NCBI GenBank assembly: GCA_036304725.1
Contig: JAXIYC010000063.1
Span: 7,304 to 71,303, forward strand
Direction of reading: 5' to 3'
Source: Collinsella sp.
GTDB taxonomy: Bacteria > Actinomycetota > Coriobacteriia > Coriobacteriales > Coriobacteriaceae
Length of the DNA stretch: 64,000 bases
The notes beneath the pieces are model-generated. The model ran no database searches and was not told the DNA's origin. It saw only the letters and a list, made by a program, of their open reading frames with translations. Made by a program: the position numbers and the translations under genes. How positions within the stretch are numbered: the first letter of the stretch is position 1; the number at the start of each line of letters is the position of its first letter. Shown piece by piece: positions 17,744-25,448 of the stretch.

Positions 17744-17788
17744 CCCAGATAAAACCTGCCAAAATGAACCTGTCCCTTTTTGGCAGGT
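17744..17788 (+). repeat. 45-nt hairpin repeat family, copy D
   Basis: CCCAGATAAAACCTGCCAAAATGAACCTGTCCCTTTTTGGCAGGT. Its last base is the first base of the convergent gntR-family stop codon. Confidence 0.9.
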
Positions 17789-18519
17789 TAGCGGAGCTTG
17801 CTGGTCTCGAAGTACTCGGGGAACTGGTCCAGAACCTCGGTTTGGTTGCGGAACATCATGTGCAGGTGCTTGCTGACCAAAAAGCTCGCTTCGATGGGGT
17901 CGCGACCGGCGATAGCGCGGCGAATCTGCTTGTGCTCGTTCACGATGTCCTGATTGTCGAGAACCTGCGTGGCAGCGCGCAGCCAGCGGAAGCGCTCCAG
18001 GTCGGCATTGGTCTCTTCGAGCCACGACCACACGGTGCTGCGACATGCGATGCTAAAAATCATGTGATGCATGAGGTTATCGCTCAAAAAGAAGCCGATG
18101 CGATCCTCATCGGCCATGGCCTTTTCCTGCAGCGCGATGGCGCGGTCGAGCTGCTCGATGCCGGCCGACGTGGCGCGCGCACAGCACTCCACAATCACCT
18201 GCTTTTCCAGATGCTCGCGGATGTAACAGGCACTCTCGGCAAGGGTGAGGTTGATGGGCGAGACATAGGTGCCGCTTTGGGGCACGGTGCGCACCAGGCC
18301 CTCTTGCGCCAGACGCACCAGTGCCTCGCGCACGGGGGTGCGCCCCATATCCAGGTCATCGCAAAGTTGCTTGACGCCCAGCTTTTCGCCCGGCTTGTAG
18401 TCCAGGTAGACGATTTTGCGTCGAATGGTGTGGTAGGACTGGTCCTGTAGACTCGTTTCCTGCTCGCCGACGTGCATCGATTCTTCCATAGCGCCTCGCA
18501 ACTGTTCTATCAAACTCAT
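17788..18519 (-). CDS. GntR family (FadR/FCD subfamily) transcriptional regulator
   Basis: Winged HTH ...LCDDLDMGRTPVREALVRLAQEGLV plus a helical C-terminal FCD-like domain. Confidence 0.85.
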   Translation of the reverse strand: MSLIEQLRGAMEESMHVGEQETSLQDQSYHTIRRKIVYLDYKPGEKLGVKQLCDDLDMGRTPVREALVRLAQEGLVRTVPQSGTYVSPINLTLAESACYIREHLEKQVIVECCARATSAGIEQLDRAIALQEKAMADEDRIGFFLSDNLMHHMIFSIACRSTVWSWLEETNADLERFRWLRAATQVLDNQDIVNEHKQIRRAIAGRDPIEASFLVSKHLHMMFRNQTEVLDQFPEYFETSKLR

Positions 18520-18682
18520 ATGTCAGTTGTTAATTATGCCGCGAATCAGCTCTCCGCGGTGGGTAATTCGGCTGTCGCCCGAGAACTATTGCGGCATCTT
18601 AGTCTGTGTTTGCGCAAGGCTGCGCTCAATGTTGCCGTATCATAAGCCGTCGCAAACGTGAAATAGAAAGAAGGAATCCCAT

Positions 18683-19717
18683 ATGCAACTGGCAAATATC
18701 GTACGCGAGCGCTGGAAAGGCGTCTTGTTCTGCCTGATCATCGCCATTCCTGCGACGTTGCTCGGCAAACAGGTTGAGGTGGTCGGCGGTCCGGTATTCG
18801 CCATCCTCTTTGGCATGGTCCTGGCGCTCGTCTTTCCCAAGAATCGTCGCGAACAGCTCGCCGCCGGCGTCACCTATACGTCCAAAAAAGTCTTGCAGTA
18901 CGCGGTTATCCTGCTTGGCTTTGGCATGAACCTCTCCCAGATTCTGTCCAAGGGCGCCCAGTCGCTGCCGATTATCGTGGCGACGATCTCGACCTCGCTT
19001 GTCATCGCCTTTGTGCTCTGCCGCGTCATGAACGTACCGGGTAAGATCGCGACGCTTGTGGGTGTGGGTTCGTCGATTTGCGGCGGTTCTGCCATCGCCG
19101 CGACCGCACCCGTCATCGATGCCGACGATCGCGAGATTGCCCAGGCCATTTCGGTCATCTTCCTGTTTAACGTTATCGCGGCGCTCGTGTTTCCGACGCT
19201 CGGCGGCATGCTCGGGCTGACCAACGAGGGCTTTGGCCTGTTTGCCGGTACCGCCATCAACGACACCTCGTCCGTAACGGCTGCGGCGAGCGCTTGGGAC
19301 AGCATGCATCCCGGCGCCAATGCGCTCGAGAGCGCCACGGTGGTCAAGCTCACCAGGACGCTGGCCATTATTCCCATCACGTTGGTTCTCGCATGCTGGC
19401 AGATGCATCTGGCGCGCAAGGCCGGCGGCGACGCCAAAAGCACGTTCTCGCTTAAACGCGCGTTTCCCATGTTTGTGCTGTTCTTTGTGCTGGCGAGTGT
19501 GATCACTACGGTGCTTCAGCTTCCCGCGTCCTTTACGGCGCCCATCAAGGAGCTGTCTAAGTTCTTTATCGTGATGGCCATGGCGGCAATTGGCTTTAAT
19601 ACCGATATCGTCGAGCTGGTCAAAAAGGGCGGCAAGCCCATCGCGCTGGGCTTTTGCTGCTGGATTGGCATTGCGTGCATGAGTTTGGGAATGCAGCACG
19701 TACTGGGAATCTGGTAG
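18683..19717 (+). CDS. YeiH/UPF0324 family membrane protein (putative sulfate exporter family)
   Basis: A polytopic membrane protein with GVGSSICGGSAIAA and family-typical length and topology. It is divergent from the GntR gene. Confidence 0.8.
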   Translation: MQLANIVRERWKGVLFCLIIAIPATLLGKQVEVVGGPVFAILFGMVLALVFPKNRREQLAAGVTYTSKKVLQYAVILLGFGMNLSQILSKGAQSLPIIVATISTSLVIAFVLCRVMNVPGKIATLVGVGSSICGGSAIAATAPVIDADDREIAQAISVIFLFNVIAALVFPTLGGMLGLTNEGFGLFAGTAINDTSSVTAAASAWDSMHPGANALESATVVKLTRTLAIIPITLVLACWQMHLARKAGGDAKSTFSLKRAFPMFVLFFVLASVITTVLQLPASFTAPIKELSKFFIVMAMAAIGFNTDIVELVKKGGKPIALGFCCWIGIACMSLGMQHVLGIW

Positions 19718-19983
19718 AGAAGTAGCTTATTTGCGTGCTGCGTGCTGGTGAGCGCATTCTCACGGTGGAGCGATAGGAGCTCTTGCGGGTATGGCTTGTC
19801 CGCAGGTTTATAAGTCCCGAAGAGCTCTTATCGCCCCGCCAGGATGGCGATGCGGGGCAACACCTATACTCGCAGGACGGCGCTTTCTGCCCTATAGTGT
19901 TTGGTGGGCAATATCGTTCAATTTTGAAACACTCGGTCGTGCGACCGCCGGCGGTTGCACTTCGCTGCAGACAGGGGCAAATC

Positions 19984-21201
19984 ATGGATAGCGATGCCAA
20001 GCTGAACATCTTGACCGATGCCCTGGCTGCTGCCGGGGCATCGGCATTGGCAATCGATGCGCGTGGAGACGTCGCGATCTCGACCATGAATGACGCGGCG
20101 CTTGAGCGGGGTGTGGCGGCTTTTGTCGCTGAGCGTCTCGACCGCATAGGAGACGGCGCGCGTCTGGTTATGGGGCGTGCGGGTACGCGCCTGAGCCTGA
20201 CCGTTCGCCCCACCGACAAAGAGGGCGGGGGCCTTTGGGTCGCCGTGGTCCGCGAGGTGCGCGGCGCCGCGGCGCATGCGGGCATTGAGTGGCTCAACGC
20301 CGATGAGGTTGAGGCCCGCTACGAATCGAGCGCGTACGGCATCGTTGAGGGTGCCGCTGCGGTGGCTGCACCGGTTGCCGAGAGCTACGCGCACGGTGTG
20401 CCCCTTATGCTCGAGGGCGAGCTGGGAGCGGGTCAGGTCGAGATCGCCAAGCGCCTCTATCTGGACGGTCCTTTTGCCGGTCAGCCCTTTGTTTCCGTTG
20501 CGCTCGATGAGCTCACCGAGCGCGGTTGGCGCCATGTGCTCAAAAGCGCCGAATCGCCGTTGTTCCAAACGGGGCTGACCCTTTGCATTGAGGGCTGGAA
20601 CGCGGTTGGCCCCCAGCGCCTCCGCGAGCTGGTCTCCACGATGACCGACACCGCGTTGGCGACGCGCTGCCATGTGGTGCTGACAGCGAATGACATGCCG
20701 GGCGGCGGCGAAAGTGATCAAGCCGCCTTTGTGACCGAGCGCTTCGCCTGTGCGGTGAGCGTGGCGCCGGCAATCGCCGAGCAGGGAGCCGCGTCGACGA
20801 AGGTTGCGCGCTATTTGGAATATCTCGCTGATGCATTTGGGACGGCAGCGCCCACGCTGTCTGCCGCGGCGACGAAGACGCTCGATGCTTACCGCTGGCC
20901 GCGCAATTATCTGCAGCTCCGCGAGGTCTCGGAACGACTGTATATATTGGCGGGGACGGGCACGGTGGACCGCGCTGTGGCGGAGGATGTGCTCGCCCAA
21001 GAGGACGTGATCAAGACCGCAACCTTTGGCGCCCCGACGCTCGAAAGTGACCTGTATATCCTGCGACCGCTGGCCGATACCGAGCGAGATATCGCGCATC
21101 TGGTTGTAGATCATCTCCACGGCAACCGAACCCGTGCGGCGGAGGTGCTGGGCATAAGCCGTACAACGCTGTGGCGCTTGCTGAAGGACGATGACCGTTG
21201 A
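19984..21201 (+). CDS. Fis-type HTH regulator with degenerate sigma-54-activator-like AAA+ core
   Basis: C-terminal HTH_8-like AAEVLGISRTTLWRLL. The central region is alignable to bEBP AAA+ but has GELGAGQ in place of Walker A GESGTGK. ATG at 19984; the track start at 19783 adds Arg-rich non-homologous sequence. Confidence 0.65.
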   Translation: MDSDAKLNILTDALAAAGASALAIDARGDVAISTMNDAALERGVAAFVAERLDRIGDGARLVMGRAGTRLSLTVRPTDKEGGGLWVAVVREVRGAAAHAGIEWLNADEVEARYESSAYGIVEGAAAVAAPVAESYAHGVPLMLEGELGAGQVEIAKRLYLDGPFAGQPFVSVALDELTERGWRHVLKSAESPLFQTGLTLCIEGWNAVGPQRLRELVSTMTDTALATRCHVVLTANDMPGGGESDQAAFVTERFACAVSVAPAIAEQGAASTKVARYLEYLADAFGTAAPTLSAAATKTLDAYRWPRNYLQLREVSERLYILAGTGTVDRAVAEDVLAQEDVIKTATFGAPTLESDLYILRPLADTERDIAHLVVDHLHGNRTRAAEVLGISRTTLWRLLKDDDR

Positions 21202-21285
21202 GCGAGGCACCAGTGACCGCGCGCGACGCGTGTGCTACAGTCCAAAGCGTTATTGTTTCGATTTGGTTACGGCGTGCGAGGGCAT

Positions 21286-21861
21286 ATGGCTGAGACTTCA
21301 AAACCGAGCCGCAGAAGGCGGAGTGCCGCGCCGGTCAACCGACGCACGACATCGGTGACGTGGGGCAAACACGCCTCGGGGTTTGATGGCTCGTTCAAGC
21401 GCACTAAATACGGCTATCCTTCGGCAAGCACCCGCTTGGCAATGCAGGCAGAGTCCTCGCTGTGGGGCCGCAAACGCGTGGTGGGCTCAAAGCTCAAGCA
21501 CGACGGAACGCTCGGCTACATCAGCCGCGGGGCGGCTCGCCGCAGCGGGCTCAATCCCGCCGGCTGGCATCGCTACGTGCCGATCGTGGCCGCCGTTGCA
21601 GTGATCGTCATCGCACTCGCTGCGCTTGGCTATGCCGGCGGTGGCGCCAACTTGGACGCAGTGTTTAAATCGCCCGAGCTCGCGCATGCAGGCACAGAAG
21701 TTGTCGAGGGCGCACAGACCCAGACGGGCGTTGCGCCCCAGCGCGGTATCGTTGCGGCGGCCTCCACCATCGCCGATGCGCAAAAGGACGAAGACAAGCA
21801 AGGCGACGACGCCGAAACGGCCCAGGCAAATGAAACGGCAACAACTCCATCGGCGGGATAA
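21286..21861 (+). CDS. hypothetical bitopic membrane protein
   Basis: It has a basic N-terminus (SRRRRSAAPVNRR), a single TM helix (YVPIVAAVAVIVIALAALGYAG) and an acidic Thr/Ala-rich tail. I recognised no family. Confidence 0.5.
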   Translation: MAETSKPSRRRRSAAPVNRRTTSVTWGKHASGFDGSFKRTKYGYPSASTRLAMQAESSLWGRKRVVGSKLKHDGTLGYISRGAARRSGLNPAGWHRYVPIVAAVAVIVIALAALGYAGGGANLDAVFKSPELAHAGTEVVEGAQTQTGVAPQRGIVAAASTIADAQKDEDKQGDDAETAQANETATTPSAG

Positions 21862-21934
21862 GTTGCGAGTGGGGCAGCAAATTTGGGACGGGGCCTTTCA
21901 GCGGGTCCGCCGTTCGGTAGAACGGCGGAACTAA

Positions 21935-22456
21935 TTACTTTACGTACACCACGTTGTCGCGGCGCGGCTTTGCCTCGGGTAGCGTGTCCTCGGCGTAGCC
22001 AAGAATGCAGTTACCGACACCGCGCAGGCTGCCGTCGGCGGGCAGGCCCCAGCTGGCCAGCAGCTCCAGGCCCTCGGGCGAGTCAAAGACCTCATGCGCG
22101 CGGTGAATCCAGCACGAATCGACACCCAGTGCATAGGCGGCGTTGAGCAGGTTGCCCATGGCGAGCGAGCCGTCTTCCAGATGTGTGGGCACGCTGCGGT
22201 CAACCAGCACCACCACAACGGTCTTGGCGCCATAGAAGGGGTCGCTGTTGCTGCCCATGACTTGCGCGTTGAGCTGCGAGAGACGCTCGACGGTCGCGGG
22301 GTCGGTGACGGCGACAAACGTCACCGGCTGGCGGCCCATGCCGCTCGGTGCATATTGGCCGGCTTCGATAATACGTGCAAGCTTTTCGGCCTCGACGGGA
22401 CGATCGCTGTAGTTGCGGCAGCTGCGGCGGTGAATGAGTGCTTCGATAGTCTCCAT
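21935..22456 (-). CDS. nitroreductase family protein
   Basis: METIEALIHRRSCRNYSD is the typical N-terminal FMN-binding motif. About 173 aa. ATG at 22456. Confidence 0.85.
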   Translation of the reverse strand: METIEALIHRRSCRNYSDRPVEAEKLARIIEAGQYAPSGMGRQPVTFVAVTDPATVERLSQLNAQVMGSNSDPFYGAKTVVVVLVDRSVPTHLEDGSLAMGNLLNAAYALGVDSCWIHRAHEVFDSPEGLELLASWGLPADGSLRGVGNCILGYAEDTLPEAKPRRDNVVYVK

Positions 22457-22750
22457 GGTGTCTCCTTGCGGTGGCGTTGCAGATGCCCCGTTCATACCCG
22501 TCGGGCTCAAACGATAGACGGTCAATTGCCCGGCCAAAAGGATAGATTCCAATTGGGAAAGTAGGTTTGCATAAAAGTACCTTCAGAATGTGACAAACAA
22601 ATGGGATGGTTAAACGTTTTATCCCGTCTACCCTGCGGTTTTTTACCACTTGCCTAAATGACGAACGCATAACCTCTGATAAAGGTTTTACTAAAGGAGT
22701 ACCAACGTTTATCAATGCGCCGTGGTGGCGCCGGGCCAGGAGGTAACATC

Positions 22751-23041
22751 ATGTTCCAGGCTGGAGATGTCGTCGAGACCGATTTCGAAGGATTTCTGAA
22801 GCTGCTGCGTTCCAAGACGCGCGCTTTCGTGTCGATCAACGATCACGAGTACTACATCACGCACACCGATGGCTATTGGCGTGTTCAGGATTGCGAGGCC
22901 CTCAACGACAAGGGCCACTTTACTGACTGTTCTGAGTTGGTCAACACGGTCTGCGAGGTCGTCGAGCTGCCGTGGATTGCCGGCAAGAGCCTGCATGACA
23001 GCTTCTCGGGCGCTACGGTCTATGAGGCCGTCGCCGCTTAA
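22751..23041 (+). CDS. hypothetical small protein (96 aa)
   Basis: ATG 22751 lies 7 nt downstream of a strong AGGAGG, and the upstream region is AT-rich. I recognised no family. Confidence 0.55.
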   Translation: MFQAGDVVETDFEGFLKLLRSKTRAFVSINDHEYYITHTDGYWRVQDCEALNDKGHFTDCSELVNTVCEVVELPWIAGKSLHDSFSGATVYEAVAA

Positions 23042-23222
23042 CAGGCAATAAAACCCGATTTTCACGTGACCGCTGGCGCCGCCCCCGCGCCGGCGGTCTT
23101 TTTCTGCCGATAGGCCATAAAAGTGCACGCATTTGCGGAGAGGCTGTTGACGATAGTCAAAACTCGGACTAATCTAGAGACATAAAATTGGTCAAAAATC
23201 GGACAATCGAATGGTGGGATAG

Positions 23223-23723
23223 ATGAATGGTGCGGTTAAACTGGTCGACTTCGACCGGTTGCTCAATGGACTCGACCATATCTATTCGGAGTTCTCGCGT
23301 GCCTGCGGCCTTTCGGACTGCGCTTACTGGATGCTCGTCGATACCAGCACGGCGGGCGGCAGTATTGCCGTAAGTCGTCTGACAAGCGAATGGTTCTACA
23401 GCAAGCAGACCATCAACTCGGCAATTAAAACCTTGACGGCGCGGGGCTTCGCAACGTTGGAGTTTGCTGAAGGCAGTCGTAAGAACAAGGTTGTGAGCCT
23501 GACCGAAGAGGGCAGGCGATTTGCCGAGCGTTATGCGCTGCCGGCACTCAAGGCCGAACAGCGAGCCTTTGGCGCGCTTGAGCCATGTGAGCAGCGCGAG
23601 ATTATGCGCTTGGTCGGCAAATTCTCTCAGGTGCTCGGCGAGGAGTGCGATGCCTTTAAGCAACATATCGCTGCCGAGAGCCAAGCCGAGAATCAAGGTG
23701 AGGGGGAGTCGTGCGACTGTTAA
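23223..23723 (+). CDS. MarR family transcriptional regulator
   Basis: Winged-helix region LTSEWFYSKQTINSAIKTLTARGFATLE...KNKVVSLTEEG. It overlaps the start of the downstream ABC gene. Confidence 0.8.
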   Translation: MNGAVKLVDFDRLLNGLDHIYSEFSRACGLSDCAYWMLVDTSTAGGSIAVSRLTSEWFYSKQTINSAIKTLTARGFATLEFAEGSRKNKVVSLTEEGRRFAERYALPALKAEQRAFGALEPCEQREIMRLVGKFSQVLGEECDAFKQHIAAESQAENQGEGESCDC

Positions 23724-25447
23724 TGAGGTTTCTAAAGCCATATCGAGGGCTTGTCGCAGTGACGCTGCTGGTGCTGCTGGTGGATAACATCGGTACGCTG
23801 TTGGTTCCCACGATGCTGGCGAACATGGTCAACACCGGTATTACCACGGGCGATGTCGACTACATTTTACGCAACGGCCTATACATGTTTATCGCGACCA
23901 GCATGGCTAGCGGCGGCACGGTGCTGGGCTGCTATCTTTCGGCGCGCCTGGCCGCCAACGTGGCTTGCGATATCCGCAATGCCGTGTACGACAAATCGCT
24001 CGAGCTCGCGGCCAGCGATTTTGAGCGCTTTGGCACCGGATCGATGATCACGCGCTCGCTCAACGACATCAACGTGATTCAGCAGGCGATTCTGCAGACG
24101 ATTCAGCTGGTGCTGCCCGTGCCGTTTTTGGCTGTGGCGGGCATCATCTTCGCCTGGTTTATCGATCCCGCCATGGGCACGCTTCTGGGCGTAGTCGTTG
24201 CGATTGTGCTGGTGGCGGCGGTCTTTACGGTTGCCAACGCGGCGCCGATTTTTATGCGCCTACAGGGCTTTATCGACCGCATGAACGTGGTGCTGCGCGA
24301 GAATATTGTGGGCGTGCGCGTCATCCGTGCGTTTAACAAGGAGCGCTACGAGGAACGGCGTCTGGACGAGGTGTTTAGCGAATACGCCGCCAACGCCATC
24401 AAAGTCAACCACCTGTTTGTGGGCCTCGACAGCTCCAGCTTCTTTTTGATGAACATCGCCGAGGTGGCGGTGCTGTGGGTTGGCGGCAACCGCGTGGGCG
24501 CCCACGCCATGCAGATCGCGAGCATCTCGGCGGTGCTGGAGTATGCAATTCTGATTCTGTTCTTTGTGATGATGGCCCAGATGGTGGTGCTGACGCTTCC
24601 GCGTGCTGCCGCGTGCCTGAACCGTGCGCAGCAGGTGTTGGAGATTGAGCCGAGCATCGTCGATGGCGAGCGCACGCTGGATGACGGGGCGCGCGAGCCC
24701 CAAGACGAAGCCGATGCGGTGGCCGTGTTCGACCACATGTCGTTTCGCTTTGACGATGCCGACGAGGACACCCTGTGCGACCTGAGCTTTGCCTGCCGTC
24801 GCGGTCAGACGACTGCGATCGTTGGCTCGACAGGCTCGGGCAAATCGACGGTGGCAAAGCTTCTGCTGCGCTTCCACGATGCCACTAAGGGCGCCATTCG
24901 CCTGGACGGCGTCGATCTGCGCGAGCTTACGCAAGACGAAATCCGCGGGCGCATTGCCTATGTGCCGCAGAAGGCGTGGCTGTTCTCGGGCACGGTGGCG
25001 AGCAACCTTCGCTTTGGTAACGAAGGCGCGACCGAGGGCGACATGCTTCACGCGCTTGAGGTTGCCCAGAGCACCTTTGTACTCGACCAACCGCAGGGGC
25101 TCGATACCCCGGTTGCCCAGGGCGGTACGAACTTTTCGGGCGGTCAGCGCCAGCGTTTGGCAATCGCCCGTGCGCTCATGAAGCATGCCGATCTATATAT
25201 CTTCGATGACAGTTTTTCGGCCCTGGACTTTAAGACCGATGCCGCCCTGCGTCATGCGTTGCAAGACGAGACGCGTGACGCTGCGGTGCTCATCATCGCG
25301 CAGCGCATATCGACGATCTTGCACGCCGACCAGATCGTCGTGCTCAAGGATGGCGAGGTTGTGGGTCTGGGCACGCATGGCGAGCTTATGGAAACCTGCG
25401 AGGTGTACCGCGCTATCGCGGAATCGCAGATGAAGGGAGGTGAGTAG
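23711..25447 (+). CDS. ABC exporter, fused permease/ATPase (type I exporter half-transporter)
   Basis: Six-TM domain, then Walker A GSTGSGKST, signature FSGGQRQRLAIARAL and Walker B LYIFDDSFSALD. Alternative start ATG 23723 (TAATG overlap with marR). Confidence 0.9.
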   Translation: MRLLMRFLKPYRGLVAVTLLVLLVDNIGTLLVPTMLANMVNTGITTGDVDYILRNGLYMFIATSMASGGTVLGCYLSARLAANVACDIRNAVYDKSLELAASDFERFGTGSMITRSLNDINVIQQAILQTIQLVLPVPFLAVAGIIFAWFIDPAMGTLLGVVVAIVLVAAVFTVANAAPIFMRLQGFIDRMNVVLRENIVGVRVIRAFNKERYEERRLDEVFSEYAANAIKVNHLFVGLDSSSFFLMNIAEVAVLWVGGNRVGAHAMQIASISAVLEYAILILFFVMMAQMVVLTLPRAAACLNRAQQVLEIEPSIVDGERTLDDGAREPQDEADAVAVFDHMSFRFDDADEDTLCDLSFACRRGQTTAIVGSTGSGKSTVAKLLLRFHDATKGAIRLDGVDLRELTQDEIRGRIAYVPQKAWLFSGTVASNLRFGNEGATEGDMLHALEVAQSTFVLDQPQGLDTPVAQGGTNFSGGQRQRLAIARALMKHADLYIFDDSFSALDFKTDAALRHALQDETRDAAVLIIAQRISTILHADQIVVLKDGEVVGLGTHGELMETCEVYRAIAESQMKGGE

Positions 25448-25448
25448 C

